Positions 25,518-39,139 of a stretch of 64,000 bases of DNA are shown one piece after another. The notes under the pieces are model-generated. The model saw nothing but the letters and a program-made list of their open reading frames with translations, made no database searches and was not told the DNA's origin. Source of the stretch: Lama guanicoe (lineage: Eukaryota). The DNA is taken from the NCBI GenBank assembly GCA_013239625.1, contig MU054187.1:9319231-9383230 (forward strand), in the 5' to 3' direction. The position numbers were made by a program, and so were the translations under genes. How positions within the stretch are numbered: position 1 is the first letter of the stretch; the number at the start of each line of letters is the position of its first letter.

Positions 25518-28500
25518 GTAAGTCAAGTGGCTTCCAGGGAGTGTAAACCAAGCCTGAACTCCCGGGGCTTTGTGGCTCCCTCAACACCACCCTAGAAATC
25601 CCTGTTCCGACTTCTCAGTCTTCCCTTATGTGATGACCTCCTTCCTGCTACGTTTCTGAAATATTCAGCTCCTGGCCCAGGATGAAAAGTTGTCGCCTGA
25701 GGCAACAAGACAGATTTTCCCACATTTATCAGGGTGGTTGTTCCGTGTGTTGTTCTTTCTTGGGCAGCCTGTGCTGAAAGATTAGCGACAAGAAAAATCC
25801 ATCCCCAGGAAACACAACGAGGGCTGTTCGCCATCACAGCGCAGTTTCTTTGTGGAAATCCAAACGGTCTCAAGGAATGCTGTTTGGTGCTTTAGATAGT
25901 CAAGTGCAGGTTTGAGCAGCATATCTGAGCTCTAACAGCCAGGCTGCAAGGGGCTGGCAGGAGGAGAAGGCCGGGCCCACTGCGGTGGGAGAGGGCTTCA
26001 GCCGCTGGGAGCTCTCTGACACCAGAGTCCTGGCCCATGCATCTCCGTTGGCCCCCGGCTTGGCCTGGTGCCTGGCACATAATAAACACTCAATAAAAAC
26101 AATGAACAAATGCATGTGAGAAATATTGGGAATCCCCTTTTGCTCAAAATCAATGATAAACTATATAAATGCTGAAGCCTGAAGAGGTTTTGCTACGTGG
26201 CACATCTCTTTCCGAGAATTGAAGATCCACAGGCCAGTTAAGCCCTGCTGCCTGGGGGCAGGTGCGAGACACCTGATTTTGAGTCCAGGTCCTGGCTCTG
26301 TGACCTAGAGCAGTTTATGACTACTCCCTGCTTTCAGCTTTGGGGGTACTGTTTTCAGGTGGACCTCAGATGTGGAAGCCTGTGCTGCTCAGTTAATGGC
26401 ACGCTTTCCTTTTTGCCATGGGCACTGCGCCTGTTGTTACCTGTTTATTTCCGTTTATCCCCATTTCCCACTCCTGTTCTCTTCTCTGTAAATAACCACT
26501 CTAACATGGTCGATGTTCCATTGACCTGTATTCTTACAAAATTTGTACTGTTTTATATATGCACATCTTTTAATTTTATAAATTATGTTGTTCTTTTCAT
26601 TCTGCTTACTTTTTTAAAACTAAGTGTTATGTTTTAAGATCCATTCACATGTACATTCATTTCCTCAGTTTTCTCCTGTGAAAGTGGGGCTAATTACCCA
26701 CTTTATAGAGTTAACGATGCAGAATTAAATAAGCATAAGCATCATGCTTAGCACAGTGCCTGGCATATGGTGAGCACCTAGTAAATGCCTTAATCTTTTT
26801 ATTTCATCATTTGAAAGGTGAATTCTATCAAAAGACAAAGACAAACTCCTAGATGATGACTTCAAGACATTGGCCATAATCATATCAATTTAGATTTACA
26901 CATCATTAAAATCACTCTCGTCTCTTCTCCATCCTCATATTCCTGAAATGATGCATGATGGATCTGGAATCCATTTGTCAAAGGAAATTTTCTCTTGATG
27001 AAGTGTTCAAAGAGATTTTGAAATGGACACTATAAACTTTTTTTTTCTTTTTACTTACTCACAGTAAAGGCCAAGTACAACTCAATCATCAGGTCATGAA
27101 TCAGCACTCCAGGGTGGTACCACACTGAGTCTTGGGTGTATAAATAGGAGTGTGTTACTTGTGGGCAAGTGAGGTCATCTCTATCCTGGTCTCTGCTCAG
27201 GCCTTCATCGGAGACCTCTGTCGGGGGAACAGGCTGCAGAACACAAACAGGAGGAAAGTCCTGTGGGTCATATTGGGCTCTGAGCAAATGCAGAGGACTT
27301 GGCTCCATTCAGGCAGTGTCAGAGGACACTGAGAGGCCGAGGAGACTCAACAACTGGTTTTGTTCCTGGAGGCCAGTCAGCGGCACACTAGGAAGCAGCT
27401 GTTTATTCTTTCATTTGAGAACAAGGCAAGAAGGAACAGGTTTGAAGTTAAGTCCGCAGAAGGGATCATGTGTAGATATCAGGAAAAGCTTCCCGACAGT
27501 GACGTCCGGGATTATGATCCCTGTTATTACCGATAAAACTTTCGTCGAGAATGACACGCTTTTACAAGTGTCTTCACAGTTACCCAGAGGAAGGTGTGTG
27601 ATCGTCCCCCTCAGGGCTGTGAGATGAGTCTGCAAACTGGCAGGAGGCTTCAAAGTGTCCATCCCTTTTACCTGTGTCATTCACTTCGGGGATTTTAACT
27701 CAAGGAAATAGGATAAAAAAGTGGCATACAAACAGGATAGAATGTATGTATTCATAAACAACCCCATATACGTTCACAAAGGGGAAAACTCCAGAACCCA
27801 AAAGGTTAAGAACAGTGACTAGTGGGACTGCCGGGGATTTTTACAGCCTTCTTTATATATTCCTGTATTTCACATTTTTCTAAAATGAGCCTGATGTCTA
27901 TGAATAACCATAAAATAAAGAAAGAAAGAGTAAATGAATGACTATGGCTCAGATAAGCACAGTTCTTTCGGGTCAGTTTAAATAGCTCGTCTGGAAATGT
28001 GGGGATTGGCTCAGAGCCCCATAAAGTTCTCTGATTTTATGATTCCTACTTGATGCAAATATCCTCCAGTTGAAGAGGCCCTGGGGACAGAGACACTGCT
28101 ACAAATGGCCACACCTTGCACCTGGAATCACCAAGGTGACCTCCTGTAGAGCCAGGGCCATGGTCAGCAGGCCAGACAGCAGAGGCGCACTTGGTGCCAG
28201 GCTGCAGGGCAGCAGGCCGTGAAGCACACTGGGGCCCACCTTGCCAAGCTGGTGAATTCTGTACCGGGGTCAGGGCCACAGGGCTCCTGTGTCTCCTGTC
28301 CTGCCTGGGGTGGTTTTTCCCTTCCTGGCTCTGCTCACCACCCACCTGAAACATTTTCTGAGAAGCCATTGGTGGCTCCCAGCCAGGGGGTGGGAAGCTG
28401 TTGTTAAAGAATTCTCGTTTCTGACTGGTGAAGAGCCCCGTAGTGATGGGAAATTGAGTATCCCCGAGGGTGGGCACTAACCTTCCCGAATTACATCACC

Positions 28501-31500
28501 TCACCCCCTCTGGGGGCCCTGACACCTGCCCATTGATAGTAGTGCCTGTAGCTTGCACATGTCTAATTTTGTCCCTAACCATGTAATGCCCTGCAGGGTT
28601 GGCCTGGGCAGGCACCTGGCCCAGACCAGCCCTGGAGAGCTGCCGAGCTTGGGGTGAATCACACTGGGTACTCCTTGTTATCCTTTAAAAATAATGTATG
28701 CAGTTGATGTGAGTTTGCAGTGGTGACGGGAATGATTTCGACAAGGACCACAGTCACGAAAGGGCAGTCTGAACTGTGTCACGGGGGAGGGGCATTTCCC
28801 CTCTTTGCTGGGGGCTGATGGGGGGGGCCTGCAATCTTTTTAGCCATCCTGGCTGAGATGGCTTAGCCTGAGACATTCTCAGAGCTCGAGATTGCAGGAT
28901 GTTGGAGGATTTTCTGGGCTGTTCTAGATAAGCCCAGCATGATCCACAGCTACGCTTGCCTCTCCAGGCCTGGAGACATCCTGGGATGGGCTGGGACCGA
29001 GTAGGGAGGCTGCTGGTAGGGGTGGAGAATCGCACCGCCTCAGGAGCTCTCTGCGTCCAGAAAATGGCTTGACTTTTGTTCCTCATCCCCAGAAAATGTA
29101 ACCTCCCTCTCGTAGTCTTTACAAGTGGCACTTACCCTACGTTATTGGAAACCCAACCAGCCCTCCCGAGTCAGGCAGGCAGGCAGGCCCAGGAATAATC
29201 TTGTTCTGTGTGCATGCCCGTCTAGGGGAAGCAGCTACAAGCTGAATAATACATGTTTGATCTTGAGCATTTCCAGTATCTGAAAAATGACACCTTTAAT
29301 AAAATCCTCCAATGGCTTTGCAATGAGAACAAATCCATTATGTTTCCAAAACAGTAATTTTACCCAGCTTTGAGACATCGTCCATGTGGTTACAAATATG
29401 AAGTATGAATATAATAAGAATCATTTAAATAAGCATGCCAGAATGTTTAAAGCTATGTAACATCTGCTTAAAGAACAGATTTTAGAGTTTGAATTTTAGC
29501 TCTGCCACTTAAAGCTATGACCTTCGGCAAATTACTTCAGCTCCCTGTCCCTTAGCTTCCTCAGTGGAAGTTAATAAACCTTCCTCACAGCGTTGCTGTG
29601 ATGACTAAGTTGGGGTAAGAGGCACAGACTGGGAGATCTGCAAGTGTGTTGTCCTCACACTCAGCTTGGAAAGAGCACATGCCATCTAATGATGCTAATA
29701 ATCATTTGAACCACTAGAGAGTCCGGAACATCTTTTAAATGGTTTTGGAATAAGACTAGCCAGGTCTTGATCAATTATGATGGCAGGGTGAAGCCACTCC
29801 CTGCAGTGGGAAAGATGGAAAATGAATGGAAGTAGATATTAGCTCTATTCTTTGAGGCTTTGTGGTAATTCGAAATATTGGCAGCAAAGGGAGGCTGAGC
29901 CCCTTCCAGGAAACGTGCTGACTGTCCACCGCAGACGGGAATGAGTTAAACAGCTACTCAGCTTGCCGTGGTCTCAAGTCAGGGCAGGCTCACCTGACCC
30001 TCGGCCATCAGAGGGTTTCTCAAGGATCTCCTAAATGATCTGGACTAGCCCAGAAAACCCCTAATGCCAAGGACCCTAGGAATAAGCATTAGGGATCCCA
30101 TAAATTATAACATAATTCTTCTTCTAACATGAAGTGGGTAGCAGCACAATGTGGTGGAAAAGAGCCTGGGTCTGGGAGTCCCGAGACCCCTGGCCATTGA
30201 ACAGATTCACTCCGCCAAGCACTGCACAGAGGGGCTGAGCCAGAGGGAGAGAGGCTGAACTCCAGCCTGTGTGCCTGGAGGGGGGGCGATGTTTTTCTAA
30301 CTTGTCTGCCCCCTTTCTAGGGCAGCCTGTCAGAGACCTGGGCTCTCACACCAGGCTGCACTCGTGGGACTTCTCTCGTGTGCTTGTGACTGGGGCTTTA
30401 CCACTGAAGGGTTGGACTTAACTTCCTCCGGAGAATCTTCCTACCTTAATATAGTTCTTTCTTTAGCATTATTAATATACTGTCTGATTTCTTTTTCTTT
30501 TTTCTTTTTTTTTTTTTTGGTGGTGGGGTTATGGGGAGAGGAAAGGAAACCCTGTTTGGCTTAATGAAGGGGATTTTGAAGTACTGTATATCAAATGAAG
30601 TGGAGTGTGTCCTTCCAGACCCAGAGCTGCAGCTTTGAACAAGTGTGTCTCAAAAGATGGAGGGATGTGGGGTGGGGGGAGGGGTACGAATGGGCCAGGT
30701 GGAGTCACAGTTGCTCAGTGACAAATGCTGGGGCTCAGAGCTTATCTTCAGCTCTATTTTGGTCACAGAGCCACACTCCTTATATGGTAAGAGCAGTGGT
30801 CACAATTGTCTTTAGGTTTTTCTGTCGTGGCCTTGGGACACCCCCAAGCTGGGACTGATCTTGCCTGGGCTGGAACATGTTATTCATGTCTCAGTGCTAT
30901 ATATGGCCACTCTGAAACTTGCCACGAATGGAAGGAGGCACTGTATATATAGAGGCGTGTTACAGTCTGAAGACCCCAAATATCCCCAGATTTACATGAA
31001 GTTGTAGAGCACTGGAACTGTAGAGTCATAAGGGATCTTAGCAATCATCCAACTTCACCCCCCTTATTGTACAGATTAAAGAACTGTCGTGAGGTTAAAT
31101 GTCTTCCCTAAGGTTGCCTGGCCATTTTCTGCTGTTTTCTTTTGAGTGTTGAATGAAGAGGTTTGGAGTACCCCCTTAATTACCCATGTCTTTGGAACAG
31201 GACAAAGTAGAAACTTGTGAAACTTGTGAGTGAGGGCTGAATATTCCTAAATACAAGTCATATTTCATTTATTCATTCAATCATTCAAACTGGATTTCTC
31301 ATGTGCACATTATATGCCATAATCTGCACACATAATGCTTTGAAATAGTGATGAACCAAACAGAAGAGTCCCTGCTCTCAAGCAGGTTTTATTCTAGTAG
31401 AGAAGTTAGACCATAAAATAAACAAATAACAGGATTGTTTCCGAGAGTAGCAAGTACCCAAGGAAAGGGTGAGCCACTGAAAAATGTAATAATAAAATCT

Positions 31501-33926
31501 AATGATGGTACTTTGCTTGGCAGGATCTGCTCTTCATATAAGATCATCTATTGTTGATTTTTTTCATGAAAAGCTTCTCTTTGCAATCACTTTTTCTTAT
31601 TGCCACTAAAATATAAGGATGGCTAAAAATTAGAGTATGTCAATTTTAACATTTCTATAAAGGCAACAGCTAAACAATGTGTTTTAGATAAATATTGAAG
31701 GTTATCTACTCACTACTAGGGAAACAAATCAAGCTACTTGATTTTTTTTCTATTCATCCAGATATTATGACACTAGTTAGAAACAAATATTCATAATTTT
31801 ACCATTTCAATATGGGCAGAATAGTTTCCCATTATAAAATCATCTCTTTTAGTGTGTTACATCTACACTGGGTTCTCCCTAGAGGTGGGGTGGATTTTAT
31901 TTTCATTAGATTATTACAGACAACTTTGATTTGTTCTTCTATATAAATAAATATAAATATAACTGCCCTGGCAGACCCAGGAGGAAGGTCATGTTGCAGT
32001 TGGAGGTTTTGCATCAGAATCTGCTTGGAGACCAACACCAGGGCATTTAGGATGGAAGTTACTTCAATTGCTAAACACACTCACACAGGCACATGTGTGT
32101 GTGCGCACCCCCCCACACACACACATGCTACATATACAGGGGACATAGGAACCATAGGTATCAAAAGGAATAAAATGGACAATGTTTGAAAATGTAACCT
32201 TGGAAGTTCAAAAAGTATCTCTTGATTCAATTAGTATCCGGAAAAGTGGGGGGAGGTAAACAACCTGGAATTGGGCTTAAAGATACATGACTTTTTACTC
32301 AAATAAATGAAAAAGAATATGATAAAAGTGAGGAGAAATCTTTGAGGTGAGGACGTTTCTGTGGAGAAGAGATGAACTGGGCTGCTATCATACTTTTGCA
32401 GGTACCGATAATCATCCTTTAAAGTGTGCTTTAAAGGATGCAGATAATGCAGAAGTCCACATCTCTCCATTCTGTTTTTAGGGTGCTGGAAAGACACTGT
32501 TGAAAGCATTTCAGGTCCACATTTACAAAGGTACAGCCGGTACTGACAGTCAGCATAATCACTCTCCGTAGAGAGATGGCCTCTGAGAGTGTTACTTTTT
32601 TCTTTTTCTTTTTCTTTTTTTTTAAGCATATACACCTATTCCCTAATTAGCTCAGAGGACAAGCTGATAAACTGAGGTGTTTGTTGTTCACTGACTCACA
32701 GCACTTTGAACATCTTGTAGCCAGTGAGACTGACGGGTGCGCACCCTTCCACCTCGTGTGTTGCTTTACCTCAGAGAGCATATGGAAAACATGGGTTGGC
32801 CTGTACATACACCAAGCTTCCTAGAACTTGGAAAACCAAAAGGCCAATGAGTAGGCCAATCGGAAAGTTAACTATGCTTTAAATGTGGACTCAGAGTAAA
32901 GGGAGCCGCTTCAGCCACACAGTACAAATGCTCAAGCTTGGCTTCCCATGCAGTCTTTCTCTCTAGGAAGGAAAGGCCAGGTCCAGTGTTTCCCTCTCCT
33001 GGGCAGTATGGGATAAATGGAGGACCTGGTGGTTATAGGTATATGCCATAAAGAGTAAACATTAGAGGATCTCAGAGGACTAATAGATGCCATTCAGTCA
33101 TAGAGATTCTTTATGGAAGAAGTGGCATTTCAGCAGTGTCTTTTAAGATTACTTAAAGTCTGCAACTGTGAATTTGGGAAATACATTTTAAATAAAGGAG
33201 AGCACATGAGCAAAGAAAGTAAGCAGTTCATTTTTGCTGGACACAGGGTACGTGATGGAGAATAGTATAAACTATGAAGAAAAGCTGGAACCAGGTCATG
33301 GACAGGCTGGAAAGCTAGTTATAAAGTTGAAATGTTATTCTTTGGGCAATGGGAGTCATAACAGAGGAAAAACACAGTACTCCAGGAAGACGAATTTGGC
33401 TGCAGTTTGTGAGTTGACTTGAAGGGAGGGATCCCAGATGCAGAAGCCATTGGAAACCTTCAGAATCTATATGGGAGGACTGAAACTGGGGCAAGAGCAA
33501 CACAGATGGAGCAGAGAGAGACTGAAGGGGACCAACCAGGAAGCACCGTTTTTTTCCGTATATACACATACACTCATTCTAAAGCAAAATATAAAACTGA
33601 AAGCTATGTAACCAATATAAAATTTAAAACCAAATCTGTCCTAATTTCTATGAAATTTTCCATATATAGAAAGAGCAGAAGATTGAAAAATCACCCATCC
33701 ATTTAGCTAATTTGATTGACTGGGGATGGTCTAAGTATCAAAAATGATAGAAACAGGATTTTCAAAGTGTCCACACAGTGGGTACCTATACCTCAGGGAC
33801 AGCTTAAGGGAAAATAAAACAATTTCCTCCGTAAGTAAATTTTCTTTTCTTCCAACATGTCCAGGTGTTTTCTCCAGACAGACACTCTTTCAGACACTTT
33901 CTAACATTCGCTAACCCAACTAACAG

Positions 33927-34160
33927 GAATGCTGCCGAAAACAGAAGCAGGAGCTTTGTGAGAAGTTTGATTACCTGTACGGCATCTTGGAGGAGAGGAA
34001 GAATGAAATGGCCCAAGTCATCACCCGAACCCAAGAGGAGAAGCTAGAGCATGTCCGTGCTCTCATCAAAAAGTACTCTGATCATTTGGAGAACGTATCG
34101 AAGTTGGTTGAGTCAGGAATACAGTTTATGGATGAGCCGGAAATGGCAGTGTTTCTGCAG
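33927..34160 (+). CDS. TRIM55: TRIM55 exon 5: coiled coil
   Basis: taacag|GAATGC; ECCRKQKQELCEKFDYLYGILEERKNEMAQVITRTQEEKLEHVRALIKKYSDHLENVSKLVESGIQFMDEPEMAVFLQ; 234 nt; donor CAG|GTAAGT. Confidence 0.96.
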
Positions 34161-34506
34161 GTAAGTATCCGTCTGGCCCCAGAAGAAACAAACCAAGAAG
34201 GTGGGTGCTGGAGAAGTAGCGGTCATCACGCTTTCATTATTTTCTGTTCATCTCATTTTGATCTATCTTACTAACTAAATGCATGTGCTTATATTCTCCA
34301 TCTGTTTGAACTATTCCATAAGCATAGACTTAAGGGGCCACAGCATCGCTTACAAATAAGAGGGTTCTCGTATAAAACAGGAGTTATTTACGGCATTTGG
34401 CAACTAAGCTATGAGATTTCCAGAGTCAGCAAAGGAAAGAATTAAATCTCAACACCATCTTTGTGAAAAGAATTTAACTAGGCTTGTCTTTCGTTTGCTT
34501 TCACAG

Positions 34507-34529
34507 AATGCCAAAACCCTGTTACAAAA
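34507..34529 (+). CDS. TRIM55: TRIM55 exon 6: 23-nt micro-exon (COS region)
   Basis: tcacag|AATGCCAAAACCCTGTTACAAAA|gtaagt encodes NAKTLLQK and preserves frame into exon 7. Confidence 0.92.
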
Positions 34530-34631
34530 GTAAGTAATTTTCATGTTATGAACAAAGTATACTTGTCATTTTTACCCAAGGCTATCAAACTTTACACAGT
34601 GACGGAAAGTGGCAACTTGTCTTTTTTGCAG

Positions 34632-34756
34632 AATATCTGAAGCGTCGAAGGCATTTCAGATGGAGAAAATAGAACGTGGTTATGAGAACATGAACCACTT
34701 CACAGTCAACCTCAATAGAGAAGAAAAAGTAATACGCGAAATTGATTTTTACAGAG
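34632..34756 (+). CDS. TRIM55: TRIM55 exon 7: COS box
   Basis: ttgcag|AATATCT; ISEASKAFQMEKIERGYENMNHFTVNLNREEKVIREIDFYR; 125 nt; donor GAG|GTTTGT. Confidence 0.95.
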
Positions 34757-35948
34757 GTTTGTTATTCTTGTGACCATTTGGCCAAAACTGCAGGTGTGTG
34801 AAAGCAGCAGAAGGGTTCAGTGGGAGGAAAGGGGGATTCAGGCTCACTTCCAGAATGGATGTAGACAACTTTACAAGGATCATAATCCAGTGTGAAGCTC
34901 TATTTCATGACAGAATCATATACTTTGTTGACAGTGTTTATTTAGCTTTGCATATCACAGTGCTTATTATAATTCTATTACTGGATATTTAACTCTGAGT
35001 AGTCAAATACTTAATAGTTCGTGGTGGTGATGATATCTCAACTTCAACCAGACACAAGGTGTTAGCCACAATGATACAAAGTGTCATCGGGTGCAAGGTT
35101 AAGGATGAGATAAAAATAAAACATAGAAGACATTTGGATTAGATATTGTAGCATTCTCACTTAAACTTTAGAGGGCAAGAGTAGTAATGAATCATAGAAT
35201 AAGTCACAACCTGGAAATAAAACTGAGGCTATGTGATCAGATACACTCCATGAGATAAAAACGCATCTCTACCATTTGGCCCAGAAATCCCACTCTTGGA
35301 AATGTATGCTGATGAAATAGTTGAAAAGAGAAGACCACTATAATGCTATGAACTTGTATCAATGTCCAAAGATGGAACTTCAGAAGCAAATCTTCAAGAT
35401 GGATCCTTTTTTAAAAATTACTTAATGTAGCCCAAGGAAATATTAAGAACAATGGGTTAGGAAAAGGGTCATGGCATTAAGTGTAGCAAAAGTCAGCATT
35501 CACCGGACAAAGGAGATGAGAATTTAGACATGACAAGGGTTTTGTGTGTTTTCCGGAAGAGAGCTGCATTTCCATTTTATCTGACAGAGATGAATGAGTG
35601 ACAATCCCATCCCTCTGGGAACTTGCAGATGTGACAGATTATGCTAAAACTGGGAACAGGCTCAGGGTCAGGTGAATGGGGCTCTGTGGTAGTGAGGATG
35701 GCATTTTGTATGGGGGAGGGGGTGAGGAGGATGGTGACGGTTGGGACCATGTTCACAGTTGTCCTGTCCACATTCAACTAGAAGCGCAAGTCCCCACATG
35801 GCATACTTGGGGGGGCATACTGTCAAGTGTCTGATGGAGAGGATTTCTCTAGCCCTGACCTGAATCTGAGCTATAAATACTGGCCATTAATGCTTTTCAT
35901 GGCTGCAGCGGTAATTATAACAATATGAAAAATGCATTCCCCTGCCAG

Positions 35949-36190
35949 AAGATGAAGATGATGAAGACGAAGAAGGAGAAGAAGGAGAGGGAGAAGGAGA
36001 AGAGGTAACAGAAGTGGAAGAGGTGGAAAATGTTCGAACAGAGTCATCGGGAGAAGACGAAAGTCCGGAGAAAGGCTCGGAGCCCTCTCCACGGGCCTCC
36101 GAGCTCCAGACTGCCCCAGAGGCACCTCCGGCTTCCTCTCCAGAGTCACCTCCAGCCCAGCCACCAGCTGCGGATGCTCCGGTGACACAG
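35949..36190 (+). CDS. TRIM55: TRIM55 exon 8: acidic tract and Pro/Ala-rich linker
   Basis: gccag|AAGATGAA; EDEDDEDEEGEEGEGEGEEVTEVEEVENVRTESSGEDESPEK...ADAPVTQ; 242 nt; donor CAG|GTAACC. Confidence 0.93.
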
Positions 36191-37552
36191 GTAACCGGTC
36201 CTGAGTTTCTTCTTATAGGACACACAGGCGTGCCTCCTTGCTGAAAAGCCTGAGCAATTTATTCTGTCTCAGGGAAAGGAAAACTCTGTGCCAGATATTT
36301 GTTTGTGGAAGACAGAGGTTTCAGGGCAATCACAATGTCAGGGAGAAAAGTCCTCCAGGTGATTCAGCAGGTTCTTTGCTGTTACAACTGGTTGATATGA
36401 CTTAGTTTAACACAATTTTCCCACCAGTGACACCCTCACAGTCTGAGGCAACCTTTGGAAATTATGTATGTGTGTGCGTGTGTGTTTAATATGTTAGTTC
36501 ATAGACAGCTGGTATCATGAGGATTGGCTACGCTCTGAATACAGATAGAGGCCACAGGTTGAGAAATAAAAATAATTATACTTTCAGAACTTAGAATTTT
36601 CTGTAGATAATAAAGAAACTAAATAGAGAAACCATGCTAGGTTATGTCCCTGTTGCTTACCCTGAAATATAACTGTCTTTTTTCTAGTGGGCAAACAAAT
36701 GAAACCTGGTTTTCTATGTGTCTGTCGTTTGATGAGATGATGTGTTGACAGAATTCTTTTAAAAAAATTTCTTAGGAAATTTACTCATCCTAGATACTGT
36801 GCCTGATTGGCTGATTTTACATTTCTAAGATGTCACTGTCCAGTTTTCAAGCCTCTGTACTGACTGCATGACACCTTCAGGAGACAGGTCCCACCCAACC
36901 TGTTGAGTTTGTAGGCAATGAAGACTCATTACAAAAAAAGGACCCCTCGTTTCAAAGTGGATTGGAATTATTTATACAAACAAAACCTCAGAGGGGGATC
37001 TTAGGGATAGAATTATATCTTATGCTCTGTCTCCATAGGAAACCAGGCTAAAATACTATTTATAGTTCCTAGAATCTTGCAATTCTGAGTATACCAATCG
37101 CACTGAAATTGAAAGAGGTCTGGTAACTAAATGAGAGTTAGGTTTGATCAGATCAATTTGGAGTTTTAGAAAAGAGGTTTTGTGGGCCCATATGTAATGT
37201 CCAAAAATTAATGCTGGTCAATAGTTTGCCCTTTCTCCCACATCTGATATTTTATAAGCAACCTTGATTTTCAGCTTCTGCTGCCTGCCTACCCAGGCTA
37301 CCATTTACAGCAAGACAAGCCCAGCAAAGAGGAGGGGGCGTGTGCAGATGCCAAGACAGCGGGGCTCTGTCTGCGTTCCTGCCCTTAGTGCTTGTGGAGG
37401 GTGGGGTGAACTGAGACACAAGCTAAATCAGGCACTGCACAGGGAGCTATCAGTTTTCAAACCCAAAGGGAACTAAAATCAACTGCTTTTTTTTTCCCTT
37501 CTTCTTCTTCTTCTTTTTTTTTTTAACTTTTGGATTTATCTGTCCTGTTAAG

Positions 37553-37840
37553 GGGGAGGTTGTGCCCACTGGCTCTCAGCAGACCACAGAGTCTGAAACT
37601 CCAGTCCCTGCAGCAACGGACACTGCGGATCCCTTGCTTTACCCTAGTTGGTATAAAGGCCAAACCCGGAAAGCCACCAGCAACCCATCTTCCACCCCAG
37701 GGAGCGAAGGTCTGGGGCACGTAGGGCCTGCAGGTTCTGAGGACTCGAATGTGCAGAAGGCAGAAGTGGCAGAAGCCGCAGCCAGTGAGAGGGCAGCAGT
37801 GAGTGGTAAGGAAACTAGTTCACCTGCAGCTACTTCTCAG
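37553..37840 (+). CDS. TRIM55: TRIM55 exon 9: symmetric phase-0 cassette
   Basis: gttaag|GGGGAGGTT; GEVVPTGSQQTTESETPVPAATDTADPLLYPSWYKGQTRK...SSPAATSQ; 288 nt; donor CAG|GTTAGT. Confidence 0.92.
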
Positions 37841-39139
37841 GTTAGTGTTGATGCTCTGGTGTCTGAATGCTTCCCTGTGCTGCCCAGGGTCCCGCTGGAA
37901 TGACCCCGAGAAGGAAGGGCTTCCCAAGGGGCAGACAGAACCTGGGGCCTTGGGATAAATAGAAATAACTCATCCCCCAATGTTGGCTTGTTTCTTAAGC
38001 CGCGCATAAAACAAAAGAAACACAAATTTGACTTCACTCTGCCCTGTGTGGCGTGGTGACCTCACACCTGGCTTCCCAGGGAAGGGCTGCAAGCTGGCCC
38101 TTCGCATGCAGTTGAAGCTTTGTCTGCAGTGACTGGCTGCTGTCCCTGGTTCCCCTCTGCAAAGGCCACTTGCCCTTGCTTAGTCTTTTCTGTGTCCCCC
38201 TTGGGCTTCCAAAGACTAATCACCTGCTTTTGCCAACATCCCCTAAGGAACACATTTGAATCGAGTTCTATGTCCGCTCAGGACAATAACCTCTGATTTA
38301 TGGATTCTGGGAGTGTGCCTGCGACGGCTGGACAAAGTATTGACGTAATTAAACCAGTGCTTCCTAAGCATGTGCTCCTGGGAGCAGAAAAGCGCAGGTT
38401 TTCCTCCACTGCATTTTTTTAAAGGGTCATTTAATATCTGTGCTTTTCTTTTTTCTTTTTATAATGCAAGTTTGGAGTCCATGTCTTCTTCATAACACTG
38501 GGTTAGATGTTTGCATGGCTCAAAGACTCCATAGAAGAAATCTTCTATAATTTCTTCACAAGGAAGAATGTTCATGGCTGTCCATACCCATGAGTATTCT
38601 TAAATGACGTGTGGGTGTTTGTGTTGCCCAGACGTGGGGCTGTCAAAGAAATAGTCTTGAGTTCTGTGCTCCTGGGTCATCAGGTGATTATGAGCCACAA
38701 ACAGCATTATTTCAAAAATCATAAAATCACTTACTATCTTGACTGTATTTGCTCAAGTGAACCTCAATTTCCATGAGGTAATACATGGAAATGATTTTTG
38801 GAAAATTAAAAGATGAACATGTTTTGGGCCATATATTTATTTTCACAGATGAAAAAGAACAAAAAAAGTGTTTGGTGTGAGGAAAACTTTAGAGGTTGTT
38901 TTTAGGTTAAAAAAACAGAGTAGAAAGTTTTCTAGGAAATTGAGGGGCACTATTTCTAGAAAGTTCATGGGATTCCTTATATATTTAGTGGAAGGTGAGT
39001 CAGGGGAGCTGTTTTCTGAAACAGTAGTGCAGTACCTCATAAGAGGAGCTTCAAACGAAAATGAAAAATCCACCCAAATGATGTTGAAAAATATGATTTG
39101 TGATAATATCAGTGAAGCTTTCTTCTTGTTTTCTCGCAG

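Noticed and set aside
35871-36225. Antisense ORFs with poly-Leu/Ser over exon 8
   Set aside because: Mirror of the GAA/GAG-rich acidic coding tract.
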